A stretch of DNA of 64,000 nucleotides from Histomonas meleagridis 2922-C6/04-290x (GCA_020184695.1 JAANOX010000231.1:267017-331016), one strand, 5' to 3'; shown: positions 10,152 through 21,593, counted from the stretch's first letter. The notes: generated from the letters alone by a model not told the origin. Numbers and translations: made by a program.

Positions 10152-10877
10152 ATGAACAGGAAAGACAATTCAAATAATAACTATAAAAAAGAGTACCAAG
10201 ACAACCAGTTCCCCGACTTTGACTCTAGCCGCGGCAGAGGTTCTTATGATGAAGGACTAATAAATGAATACGATAAATTTAAACAAAATAGAAGACAACG
10301 CTCAACTAGCCCTAGGGTAGGGAACATACCAAAGTCACATTCTGTGGGTCATATGCCTTCCAAAAGAAATCCTTTCTATTATGAGCCAGCGAAGGATGAT
10401 CGATCACAAACTTCAATGCCATCACCAATCCAACCTAAACATGATCCTACTCCTGAGTTCGAATTTAAACCAGAACTCCTTGAAGATCACACAGACAATC
10501 AATCAAATAAACAAACCCAAAGCACAACGCCAAAGTCATTACCTTCAGAACGTTCACAACAAATGAATACTTCATCACAATCAGGACAGCGTGGACGAAA
10601 TAATCAATACAATCAAATGAACAGAAACAGACAGGGCCAAAAGTCCCAACATGAACAACCATCACACTCTCCATCCCATCAGCAAGCAGAACCTCCAAAA
10701 GAAAACTCAAATTCGGAGAAACAAACTCCCAATAAACCATTTAATGCCTTTAACATGTCTCCACAAAAAGGTAGCCAAAGTAACATGCGCAACCACGATA
10801 ATTACCACAAAGGATACCGCGGGGGAAACAAAAAGAATTTCTATGATTACAAGAGCAACTCCAAAGGCACCCCATAA
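10152..10877 (+). CDS. Low-complexity Q/N/S/R-rich disordered protein
   Basis: ORF 10074 begins at TTG. First ATG is 10152, preceded by Inr TCACTT (10130-10135) and an ACCGTTTT box (10120). Confidence 0.7.
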   Translation: MNRKDNSNNNYKKEYQDNQFPDFDSSRGRGSYDEGLINEYDKFKQNRRQRSTSPRVGNIPKSHSVGHMPSKRNPFYYEPAKDDRSQTSMPSPIQPKHDPTPEFEFKPELLEDHTDNQSNKQTQSTTPKSLPSERSQQMNTSSQSGQRGRNNQYNQMNRNRQGQKSQHEQPSHSPSHQQAEPPKENSNSEKQTPNKPFNAFNMSPQKGSQSNMRNHDNYHKGYRGGNKKNFYDYKSNSKGTP

Positions 10878-10921
10878 ACAGAGCACCCCGTAAACGGAGT
10901 ACCCCGAAACTAGGGTGCCCC
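10864..10921 (-). repeat. Four-unit degenerate 16-bp tandem array with CCCC/GGGG tracts
   Basis: CCCC at 10870, 10886, 10902 and 10918. Minus strand reads GGGG-caccctagtttc-GGGG-tactccgtttac-GGGG-tgctctgtttat-GGGG. Confidence 0.85.
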
Positions 10922-10984
10922 GTTGCTGAAAGCAACCAAATTGATTAAAAGATTTATACATTGTATTCTTTAATTTTTTCGCGA

Positions 10985-12058
10985 CTAAAAATCTTCGAGC
11001 ATGAAGTTCTGATAGCGGTCTATTGATTGTTGTTGACTTGTTCCTTCACCAAAAGATGCAATGTGCATAAACATTGAGCTTCCAGGATGATCCTCATCAA
11101 CACTTTCGAGCATGTATTTCCATGAGCTACCATCTCCGACAGTTGGTTTGTCTGCCGTTTCGATTTGTATCTCTTGTTGATCATCTTCAGATACCTGAGG
11201 CTCAGTAACAGAGTATCTTCCGAGAATCGTCGCAATCGATGCGGTCTTCTTTAGTGTCTGCGATATTATGGAAAGGAGAATATCTTTGAGTGGCTGCGAT
11301 AATCCACGAGTTGTATCAGTTTGTGGAAAACGAGCAATAACATTTCCTTTCTCTTTTGGCCATTCCGTAGACATGTTCTTGTAACGAAGAATGTTGTTTT
11401 TGGCTTCGTTAAGTTGCATATCAAATGAACGGATTTTGTTAATAAGGCTTATGGTGTTAAGACCTTGATCAATAGCTTCACGTGCTTGCTTTTGAAGATC
11501 TTCAATGTCTAAATTCGCAGGATCTAAGTCCCCATATGTCCTTAATAAATAAAGTATCTTTTCCCTAGAAAGAACATTCGATTCTTCTTTTGTCAAACAA
11601 CCAGACCTCAAACGCCACCATGACCAAACGCTTCCGATGGCTTGAGAAATGTTCATACGCTTTGGTTGTCCATTAACATATAATCTGACATCACCAGAGC
11701 CTGCTGTTTTTGAATGAATTTGATAAAAGAAATCAGCCTGACTACTTATAGAAGCAGCACGGACTTGGAAGCCTGGCTGATGAGTGAGGTATTTTTCTAT
11801 GTAAACATTAATACCATTACTACAAAGGGTTGTAATAAATTGGTCAGTTAGTGCTTTCACTTTTGCGTTCCCAAAGTCGCATACAAAAACATGAACGAGT
11901 GGTTGACGTGGAGTAATTAAATTTGATGGACTTTGAGGATTTGTTATTGAATAATTTTTAGGTTGCTCTTGTGGACTCCTTGGGTTTGTGTTTGGAGGTC
12001 CGAAATGAAGTCCTCGAACAGGCCTTTGAACAGTGATATTAATTTGGTTTTGCTTCAT
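10985..12058 (-). CDS. Hypothetical protein
   Basis: 357-aa ATG-initiated ORF; ACCGTTTA box at 12075-12082 just upstream. Confidence 0.8.
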   Translation of the reverse strand: MKQNQINITVQRPVRGLHFGPPNTNPRSPQEQPKNYSITNPQSPSNLITPRQPLVHVFVCDFGNAKVKALTDQFITTLCSNGINVYIEKYLTHQPGFQVRAASISSQADFFYQIHSKTAGSGDVRLYVNGQPKRMNISQAIGSVWSWWRLRSGCLTKEESNVLSREKILYLLRTYGDLDPANLDIEDLQKQAREAIDQGLNTISLINKIRSFDMQLNEAKNNILRYKNMSTEWPKEKGNVIARFPQTDTTRGLSQPLKDILLSIISQTLKKTASIATILGRYSVTEPQVSEDDQQEIQIETADKPTVGDGSSWKYMLESVDEDHPGSSMFMHIASFGEGTSQQQSIDRYQNFMLEDF

Positions 12059-12241
12059 TAAATTTTGGAATGCGACCGTTTATCTAAAATCACTTTTGTT
12101 TATATTTTTGAAGGAAAAGTTGGACAAAATGAATAAAATCTTGGCTTAACTAATGTTAGAAGGTATTTAAGCTCGAATTTTTTTTAGTAGTTTGATGATT
12201 TAATTGTTAAGTAACTCTTTGATAATTATTAAATTTTTCTT

Positions 12242-12703
12242 TTATTCATGAATCTTAGTTTCCTCAGGTTGTGTTACTTGTTGTTGTGTATCTACAAATG
12301 ATAGCATAATATCGTTCTGTTTCACGAAATTTTTGATTGAATAATTTTTACTTTCTATTGAAAGCCATTTCTTTTTTAAATCTCTTCCTGTTCTTCCAGT
12401 AGGACCAAAAACTGTATGAAAACTTCCAAGAATTTGAGCCCATTTTCCTTTTCCATATTTTTCGACACCTGCTTTTAGTGCTTCGATTTCAACAGATGAC
12501 CAACGAATTGGAACCCTTTTACCGTCAACTATTTGTCTGTTTTTTTGTTCTATCACGTGTATTACCGGTTCATTCTTATTTAATTGATATTCATTTTTCA
12601 TATAAATTGAATAGCACTTACATAAATCTTGATGTGTGAAATTTAACCTTGGTAATCTTTGTATAAGCTCATTTAAACTTTCATTTTCTGCTGTTTCCCC
12701 CAT
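12242..12703 (-). CDS. Single-Myb (telobox/TRF-like) DNA-binding protein
   Basis: RWSSVEIEALKAGVEKYGKGKWAQIL...GRTGRDLKKKW resembles TRF-type Myb domains. Confidence 0.8.
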   Translation of the reverse strand: MGETAENESLNELIQRLPRLNFTHQDLCKCYSIYMKNEYQLNKNEPVIHVIEQKNRQIVDGKRVPIRWSSVEIEALKAGVEKYGKGKWAQILGSFHTVFGPTGRTGRDLKKKWLSIESKNYSIKNFVKQNDIMLSFVDTQQQVTQPEETKIHE

Positions 12704-12976
12704 GGAGTTTTGGCGGGTTTATTAAAAAAAAGCTAAAATTGACTATGTCTGTTTGATTTTACGAAAAACTTTTACTCGAGTTATATTTTATTTATACAAG
12801 TAAAAATAGATATTTCCTTCATATTTTATGTTTACGCATTCCAATCATTCATAAAAACATCCATTTTGAATATATATCAATACTTTAATTTTACAATTAA
12901 ATCATCAAAAAAAAAATATTTTAATATAGTAAAAAGATTATTTTTTATTCAAATGAAATATAATATTTGAACAATT

Positions 12977-14305
12977 TCAATTTGCTGTTGGCTCTCTCGA
13001 CAATATCAGTGCCAATATTCCAACCACCATTGATACTGCGGATAGCCCCCACATTCCCACCTGATAAGCCTCGAATGGGTAATGTTTGTAGCTTCCGTAA
13101 GTTCCGATTATTCCGGAGCTTATCATTTGGTAGACAGCGCCGCCAACGAAAGGGCCGCAGTTACCACATCCGACGAATGTTCCGGACAAACTCAAATCAC
13201 AATATTCCTTAAAGATAGCCAAAATAACTCCTTGTGAAGCGGTCGCTCCGACTCCAAAGAAGAAGAATAAGATAATAATAAGGACAACGTGTAATTTCTT
13301 TGCAAATGTGAGAACAAGAGTACACACTAATGACAAGATGGCAGCAATTGTGATCACACGTTTGCGGCCAAATTTCTCGCCTAACATGGGAAGGGTCGGA
13401 GATCCGACAATGATTGACGCGGAAAGTGTCATAGCGATGAACGATGCAGCATCTGCGCTAATGCCGTGAACATCTTGAAGATATGGAATGCCCCACATGG
13501 CTGATGCATCTGTGAAGACGCCTGGTCCAAGGAACATAAAGATTTGGAGAATCCAGAAATCAATATTGATAACAACTTCTTTGAGATTACGGAAAAGTTG
13601 GATAACTGTGGTCTTAAATGGAGTCTTCTCTTGGAGTGGAATAGGTGAATAATAACCAAGCTTACGTGGATGTCCTCGGACAAAAATAAATGATAACGTC
13701 CCAACAACAACACTGATGATCGCAACGCCATTAAGACACCAACGCCATCCTATGGCATGACCAAGCATTGAAAGTGGGGCTTGAGAGAGAATAGAACCAC
13801 ATCCACCAATTGCAATTAATGAACCTGAAAATATACGGAAGGCTTTGGCTGAAAACCAGTTGGAGGCAATTTTAGTAGTGGGCACAAAGATACCGGAACA
13901 CCCAAAACCTACAATAAAACGTCCAACACAGGCAAGACCAAGATTTGATGAAAGACCGCAAAGAAGTGAGCCACCAGCAGATAATATATTTGATAGCCCA
14001 ATCATCATACCAGGCTCTAGAATATCAGAAAATGATCCGATAAATGGTTGCATTAAACCATAAGGCCAAAAATACATTGATGAAAGAATACCAAGTGATG
14101 TCTTTGGAACACCAAGATCTTTTGCCATGTCGTCTGCAAGAACGGCTGTTGTAAAACGATGAAAATAAACAAAAACATATGAAATTGCAGCAATAACAAC
14201 TGCAAGCCATTTCCTGAAATTATACATAAAACCTTCAGCTGGTTTAAGGTCTTTTTCAACAGAGATTAATGACATGTTCATATCCTGGGTTTCGAGAGAG
14301 TTCAT
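12977..14305 (-). CDS. Major facilitator superfamily transporter
   Basis: About 12 hydrophobic segments; YVFVYFHR, GRFIVGFG, GEKFGRKRV (MFS motif A-like). Confidence 0.9.
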   Translation of the reverse strand: MNSLETQDMNMSLISVEKDLKPAEGFMYNFRKWLAVVIAAISYVFVYFHRFTTAVLADDMAKDLGVPKTSLGILSSMYFWPYGLMQPFIGSFSDILEPGMMIGLSNILSAGGSLLCGLSSNLGLACVGRFIVGFGCSGIFVPTTKIASNWFSAKAFRIFSGSLIAIGGCGSILSQAPLSMLGHAIGWRWCLNGVAIISVVVGTLSFIFVRGHPRKLGYYSPIPLQEKTPFKTTVIQLFRNLKEVVINIDFWILQIFMFLGPGVFTDASAMWGIPYLQDVHGISADAASFIAMTLSASIIVGSPTLPMLGEKFGRKRVITIAAILSLVCTLVLTFAKKLHVVLIIILFFFFGVGATASQGVILAIFKEYCDLSLSGTFVGCGNCGPFVGGAVYQMISSGIIGTYGSYKHYPFEAYQVGMWGLSAVSMVVGILALILSREPTAN

Positions 14306-14913
14306 TTTGTTGCTCTAGGACGATGAAAGATTAAACTATTCAAAAATAGTTTTGACATCACAATATAACTTTTTCAGAATCGTGATGCATCGTTTTTTAT
14401 CTAATTGTGTAAGAATTGAAATTTGTATTGAGCGTGACTTTTTTGATAAAATTACAACCACCCGCCCTAAACAGAATGAACGAATTATCGTGCAATACAT
14501 AAATTACGACTTTTTTTGTATTTTGTTGATATACATTCAATGGCTTCAAGCAACTTAACAATTTTATATGAATATTACTAATATTTTGGGTGGGTTGTTC
14601 TAAAAATCAATAATATTTAAAGATTTATGTGATCTTTGAGTTGATAATGAGTGTGTTTCCTAGTACAGTTGAGGACTCCTTCATAAAGAATTAAAAACAG
14701 AATTTTAGCTTATTGAACCTCAATGCTATATCCTTAATCAGATGCATAAGTGCTGTTAATCAAACAAAACAAACAACACACAGAACAAGTAAATGATTTT
14801 TTTACATGAATATATAAATAATTAATAGCATATTAAATGCAACACAAATTCGATAAGATAAATTAAAAATTCTTATTAAGTTGAGTCAACTTTTAATCAT
14901 GATTACGTTTAAT

Positions 14914-15836
14914 TTAGAAGCACTTGCGGTGGACAATTCCTGGACCGGCTTCGTTGTATTCGTCACGTGTGATAACCATTTGTGGGAATGTGGCAAGGGA
15001 GGGTTTGGTCGATACCTTCGAATTCGAAGCCATTGAAGTGTGGTTTGAAAAGAAGTTCTGGGCACCTGAAGCGCTCGTTGGCGATGGTGATGACGTTGCC
15101 ATCTGGAAGTGTGTATGAGATGTCGCATTCGGATGTTGTGGCGGCCTTGTTCATTTCTTCGTCGAAATCAAGTGCAACATATGCGTGCTTCTCCTTGATA
15201 TCACGAACAATTTCCTTTTCGGCGGATGTTGTGAAGGTGTAACCACGTTCGTTAAGGATCTTTTGGAGGTAGGCTGTGAGATCACGACCGGCGAGGTTGA
15301 TACGCATGATGGCGTGTGGAAGGGAGTAGCCTTCGTAGGTGGAACTGTGTGGGAAACACCATCACCTGCATCGAAAACGATACCGGTTGTACGACCTGAT
15401 GAGTAAAAGGGAAAGAACGGCTTGGATACCAACATAGAATGCTGGAACGTTGAATGTTTCAGATTGGAGTTGGATCATCTTTTTCACGGTTGGCCTTTGG
15501 GTTCATTGGGGCTTCTGTAAGAAGAACTGGGAGTTCAGATGACTCAACACGTAATTCGTTGTAGCATGTGTGGTGCCAGATCTTTTCCATATCGTCCCAG
15601 TTGGTAACGATACCGTGTTCAATTGGGTACTTAAGGATAAGGATACCTGCCTTAGCGCATGCTTCATCACCAACATATGTATCCTTGTTTTGACCACCTG
15701 CGATTGTTTGGACATACTTTGGACGACCAACAATGGATGGGAAAACTGAGCGTGGTGCTTCATCACCAGCGAACCCAGCCTTGCACATACCGGAACCATT
15801 ATCGATAACTAATGTTTGAACTTCGTCTTCAGCCAT
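14914..15836 (-). pseudogene. ACT: Disrupted actin gene (three 1-nt indels plus a ~69-codon internal deletion)
   Basis: [21 protein letters not shown]...HRKCF in four frames. +A at ~15482, +T at ~15406, -1 at ~15349; GIDQTL is joined out of frame directly to LATFPQM. Confidence 0.85.
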
Positions 15837-17149
15837 TAGGATAAATATGAAGTGATGGCTAAGGTGACGTGACTCATACAAAAAATTGCGGACAAACCGG
15901 GCATGCTTGTGCGGCTTTTTTACAACAGTTGGCCGTTAAATTATTGAAAAGCCATCTTTTTTTCTATGCACAACGATGGAATTACAACACTTTTTGTGGA
16001 ATGATTCATTTTTAGATAATATTAATCTGATTTTCATCATGAATATCAAACCGCTTGACCAAGTATCGCACTTTTTCAATTTGTATGTATGCATACATTG
16101 AGCTCAATTTGCTTAACTTTGTACACTCAGTTCAAAACCCCGTTTGCTTTTTCAAATTGAACTCAAAAGCATTCAAAAGTGTTCCAACCGCCTGAATGAA
16201 GCTTTAATGAGGGGTGAACGCTCGAAGTGCCTTCAAGTATTCCTGTCATTTTACAAAATAATATTATATACATACAATATGTAATGTATAATATATTTAT
16301 CATGAGGAGAATTAAAATATAATACTTAGTAAGGCGCTGAATTAAGCACAGAAAGAAAACGATATTAAGTTCTAAATATAGAAAAAATAAATCCATTAAG
16401 GCATTATGTAGATTATAATTAAAATTATTCTAGTTTTTTTGCTGTATGTTTTTATAAGGAATTAAGGTAGAATTTACTTAAATTATAATTCCATCTAAGA
16501 AGTAATTTTTTACTTGATTAAAATATATGATCTCTTGAAACAATTTGTTATTTGTTATCTATATGTTGTTTCCTCCTTGATGTAATATTATTTGTAATTT
16601 TGATGAAAACCAATAAACAAAGACGAATGCCTTTCTTTACTGAATGGGTGTTATAGTCTCTATTAAAACAAAAAAATTTTGCACCCAAAATATTTGCACT
16701 TTATATAAATATTAATAATTTTATATTTCAAAATAATATTTGGAAATCATTGAAAATATTTTATACAGCATATAGGATTGCAGTTTCATGGAATCAGATA
16801 GAAATCGTTAACGATTTTTTATGGAGATCAAATGATAGAAGATATTGATTTTAAATTGATTTTTTGCTATTTTTATAATCGGATTTTGATAAAAATATTT
16901 TTGACATTGCAAAATGCTGTGTTACAGGTGTTATTTTATCAGCAAAAATCATATGATGGTGCTTTAACAGAGTTTATTTTTCTGGTGTTAATTAAGTGAT
17001 TATTTAAAATGAAATGAAAAATGAATGATTTGTCCAATGAATATTCATTCATTTTCACAAACTCACTTTTCAAGTAAATTTTTTGAGTTTTTTTCTTTAT
17101 TTAAAATAAACGGTTTTCATTGAAAACTCATCTAAGAAATCCAAGAAAA

Positions 17150-18361
17150 ATGGGGACAAACCAAAGCAGGGGCACAACAAACGTAGCCCCTCGTCCTCAA
17201 ATTTTAGGGTTGCGTTCCTCTGAAGACAACCCATACCAAATTCAAGATGATGCAGAACATAATAATCTATTTGTTGGTGGTAAGTTATTAATTAAATCTG
17301 CTTTTGCTGGAATATGGTCGATGAAGGATTCTCCATCCAAGCTTTGTCCCCTTCCACGCATTGGTCATTTCACTGCTGTTGATGAAGATAATAATTTTGT
17401 TTATATTGGTTATGGAGTTTCATCAAAAAGCGAATTACTTAATGATGTATGGAAATTCAATTTATCCACTTTCGAATGGACGCAACTCAATCTCACTGGA
17501 AACATTGCAACACCTCGTTGTGGGTCACGAGCCGTATATTCAGATGGGAAAATTTATATTTTTGGAGGGTTTAAAGATCCTGAATACTATGGTGATCTTC
17601 ATGTCATTGATACAAATACAAATGAAGTTTTATTCCCAGTTTGTCGAGGCTTCATTCCACCCCCACGCTCGACCCCAATTATGGGGATCTACAACAACAA
17701 GCTTTACGTTTTGAGTGGTTTCTATCATACATGCGATAGGAACATCAACATACTGGATCTTTTGTCTTTCACATGGACAACAATTGATTCCGGCATTTCA
17801 GCACGTACAGCGGCTCCTTCTGTTATTTATCAAAGTCAGTTATTCTCATATGGAGGATCACAGATTGGAGGAGTTTTTTCTCTTGACCTAGAGACGAACA
17901 AATGCGACATGCTTGAAACTCGTGGTCCATGTCCGCCCATCACTACAATGAATGCGGCCATGGTTCTTGTTGAAAATTACGTTTTTTTCATCGGCGGGAA
18001 ACGGGGTGCCCAATACACTTTTGTTTACACCTATGACATCAAGAAGCAATGGTGGTTTGTATTTCATATAGAACCAGATGGAATAACACTTTCGTTCCAA
18101 GATGGATATTTAAATAGTCATGGGCTATTTATGGTGCCATGTTATCATTCGTTTTCTGCTTGTTACATTAAGCAGAAAAGAGAAATTTTGATGTTCTTGG
18201 GTTCGCAAATGATCGATCCGCCACCGCTGTTCTCTATTGATATTGGCGATGCTATGTCATTCATACATTTAAGAGATGACATGTATGATGCACTGATGGC
18301 ATTCGTAACACCTAAAAAGTCTCCGGAACTTAATGATTGTGATCAATATAACGATGCGTAA
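17150..18361 (+). CDS. Kelch-repeat protein with predicted N-myristoylation
   Basis: First ATG gives MGTNQS; repeated GG/Y/W Kelch blades (IYIFGGF, VFFIGGK); TAAACGGT box at 17107. Confidence 0.85.
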   Translation: MGTNQSRGTTNVAPRPQILGLRSSEDNPYQIQDDAEHNNLFVGGKLLIKSAFAGIWSMKDSPSKLCPLPRIGHFTAVDEDNNFVYIGYGVSSKSELLNDVWKFNLSTFEWTQLNLTGNIATPRCGSRAVYSDGKIYIFGGFKDPEYYGDLHVIDTNTNEVLFPVCRGFIPPPRSTPIMGIYNNKLYVLSGFYHTCDRNINILDLLSFTWTTIDSGISARTAAPSVIYQSQLFSYGGSQIGGVFSLDLETNKCDMLETRGPCPPITTMNAAMVLVENYVFFIGGKRGAQYTFVYTYDIKKQWWFVFHIEPDGITLSFQDGYLNSHGLFMVPCYHSFSACYIKQKREILMFLGSQMIDPPPLFSIDIGDAMSFIHLRDDMYDALMAFVTPKKSPELNDCDQYNDA

Positions 18362-19002
18362 AATGTATACGTTGAACTTAATTAAAATGTGAATTTATAA
18401 CTAAAAATAAAGTTATGTTTCTTACAAAGAATTCTTGACTAGGGATTTAAAAATGGGGAAGCTTCTGACCCCAAAAATTATGAATTAAAGCACCAGCAAA
18501 GCCTTTGAACAGAATATTTTTACACTTTTTTAAAAGATTTAATGCTGTGTTTTGAAAGAAATTTAATCGTTTTGGACGATTAATACCAATTTAAATTTAT
18601 TTTTTCAATTGAAAATCGTTTTTTAAATAGGGGAAAAAGAAAAACATGAATATTTTCGTTAAATATCAAGACTTAATGAGTCTTTCATTTAATGAAAGTA
18701 TACATTTGGTTCAACCAACAACAATAATAATAAGACCAAGATCCATATATTCAAATCAATTTTATTCATGAATGTTGTGTAACCATTTGCATGTTTCTAT
18801 AAAAATTTAATAAAACAAATGTTTATTCATAACGTTAAATTGGGATTCGATTTCCATATGTTTCTATAAAATAAATTTGTAATAAATTAGCAAGTAAGAA
18901 ACAGAAGATAAATAATATAATTTTGAAATTTTGTTTATTTAATGATCTATTTAGCTTCTATTTTAAATAATAAAAGTTTATTCAAAAGTTAATTTGAAAT
19001 AT

Positions 19003-20090
19003 CTAATTATTTTGGTAAACTTTAGCTTTGCTTGCTATTAATTCTTCTCGTTCACGAATCAATTCAACTATTTCAGTATGACCATTTTCAGATGCACTCA
19101 TAAATGCTGTTTGAAATAATTTAAATAATTTCCAAATATTATTTTGAAACATAAAATTATTAAGATAAATTTTATATAAAACAATCAAATACCTTTAGCA
19201 CTAATATCAATTCCTTCTTTTCCTATTATGTATTTAACAAGTACAATGTTTCACGATTCTGATGAGAAAACTAAAATACTTTTTGGGATTTTATAATTTA
19301 TAAGAAAATGTTTTCCAAGAAATATATTTCCAACTGCATATTTACCTGTGTTTTCTACTTTTGCACCATTCATAAGTAAATATTTAAAGCATTTAACTGA
19401 TCCAAAAAATGCTGTATAATCAATTAATGTAACTTTTTCTTGATTAATAAATTCACATCTTTCATAAAGTGATGGTTCAATTGTTTGATTAAAATCAAAA
19501 TCATTTTGTGATGATATTTTTTGAAGTTTTTCTATTTCATCATTTAGGATTAACTCCTTCTTCAATTTATTGCTTATGAAGTTCCCAATCGTTTGATGAA
19601 AGTTCTTCATAGTTCTCTTCTGGTATGATCATATATCCATCTGCAATTAATTTTTTGATTTTTTCTTCAGGTAAATAATGCACAAAATATAAATTATGAC
19701 GTATTTTAAGTTTTTTTGATTCTAGCATTTTGTGTTTAATCATATTTTCAAGAAGATAATTTGATTCTTGTGTTTTCATGTCAAGAAGAAGACGAGAAAA
19801 TACATCAAAAAAATTTATTTTACTTTTATTTTTATCATCAAATGTATCGAATTCCTTTAAAAAATGAAAAAACGTATCAAAATCATTAATTTTTGTAACA
19901 AATAATGTGTGCGCCATTTGGCTGATAATTGTATTAAAAGATAATGGATAAATTTTCGAATTTTTTTTCAATATAATACTTGATTTAGTAAAATTTTCTT
20001 TACCGAAGCTAAAAACTATGTGCTTAATGGATACAAGTAGTTCCCATTCACTTAGTATAAATTTTCTTCATCAAGATTTTCCTGAAAAGG
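19003..20090 (-). pseudogene. Degenerate DUF3447/ankyrin-repeat gene
   Basis: ELHKQ*IEEGVNP, FNQTIEPSLYERC, LIDYTAFFGSVKCFKYLLMNGA, TAFMSASENGHTEIVELI; in-frame stops and frameshifts. Confidence 0.75.
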
Positions 20091-20368
20091 AAATAGCCGT
20101 CATTTCCATTCAATCCAGTTCCGGTTAGAAGGGGCACCCTGTACCACTTGGAATAATGTTAGATTTGATACAATAAAGAAAATAAAATTGTACATAAACC
20201 CTATGTGAAATATGTGATTAAGATGATATGATTTTTTTTTAAATGCATTTCCCATAAAAAACATGTTGCAATTAGATCCTATCGTCTTTTTGATTGTGTT
20301 GAATTCGAAAAAGTGCCAGATTCATCTAACGGTCTCTCTAACTGAAATTCATGGTGTGAAAACAAATC

Positions 20369-21316
20369 ATGGAAAACGACATTATACCACCAGACAATCA
20401 TGAACCTTCTGAAACAAGTACACAAGAAAACTCACAACATTCAATTGAATCAGATAATTCTTACCAAGAGCCAACAACCGAAAATAATTCTCAGCTGAGC
20501 AATGCTAGTGCACGAAATAATGACTTACAATTTGTTGATCCAATTACAGGAATTCCGATTTCAGAAGAAGATCTTTCAAATCGAGAAGCGGAACTTGCAA
20601 GGCGAGAACAAGAAATTGAAAAATTAGAACAGCAACTCCGAGATGGTACCATAAGCAGCCGACCTAAAAATATTCCACCTTTTTTCCCATTATGGTCATA
20701 TTATCCAGATGATGATCTTCCATCCAGTAAGGTAAAAATTGCCAAACAAATATTTATTATCTACTGCATCTGTGGCGTTGTTTATCTTATCAACTTAATT
20801 GGTGCAATTTCATGTTTTGATTCAGATACTTCAAAACACACAACATCTCCTGCCACCAAATTGGTTCTTTCCATTATTTACCTCTTTGTCTTTGTTCCTT
20901 TGTCATTCGAGTGTTCCTACTTTGTCTTATATGATTCTCTCATATCTGGTAAAGGGCTTCGATTCTTCTGGTTCATGGTTACATACTTCATATGGTTTGC
21001 TGTTTTGGTGATAAATTTAATTGGATTAGATGGTGGAGGTTCTGTCGGATTTATTCAAATGGTCAATTTGTTCGGAAGTAAAACGAAAGCTGCTGCAATT
21101 TTTGGGCTATTTTTTTGTTTGCTTGGGATAGCGGAAGCAGCAGGAATGGTGTATACGTTTATAAAACTTATAAAGATATACAAGTCAGAAGGATTAATGG
21201 GAAAAGCACTAGATGATGCTTCTACGTTAGCAATGCAAATGAAAATTGATAGTGGAAGTCCGGTTTCGCAAGAAGAATATGTTGTTGGATCTCAAACTTA
21301 TGAACCAATGAACTAA
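20369..21316 (+). CDS. SCAMP (secretory carrier membrane protein) family
   Basis: Coiled coil (EAELARREQEI), N(I)PPFFP motif, four TM helices. Confidence 0.8.
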   Translation: MENDIIPPDNHEPSETSTQENSQHSIESDNSYQEPTTENNSQLSNASARNNDLQFVDPITGIPISEEDLSNREAELARREQEIEKLEQQLRDGTISSRPKNIPPFFPLWSYYPDDDLPSSKVKIAKQIFIIYCICGVVYLINLIGAISCFDSDTSKHTTSPATKLVLSIIYLFVFVPLSFECSYFVLYDSLISGKGLRFFWFMVTYFIWFAVLVINLIGLDGGGSVGFIQMVNLFGSKTKAAAIFGLFFCLLGIAEAAGMVYTFIKLIKIYKSEGLMGKALDDASTLAMQMKIDSGSPVSQEEYVVGSQTYEPMN

Positions 21317-21593
21317 ATAAATTATACTATGTGCCAATGAATATTTTTAATTTCTCATCAAAGTGCTGGCTTATTTAGTGTTAGAAGGATTACAGTATTT
21401 TTGAAGCTAAAATTTTAGCATCACAACGGTTATTTATTGAAAACACAAAAAACCGACAGTTGTAAACGATTGTCATAATGAATGTTTCGATGGAAAATAA
21501 TCGTAAACGATAATTTAAATTCAATTTTTTTAAAGGTTTATATGTGGCGAAATACCCTTTGAATTTTTCTGGTATGAAATTTCATTATTTATT

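Noticed and set aside
16130-16250. Small GC-richer island upstream of actin
   Set aside because: No convincing ORF, stem-loop or RNA motif; too weak to call.
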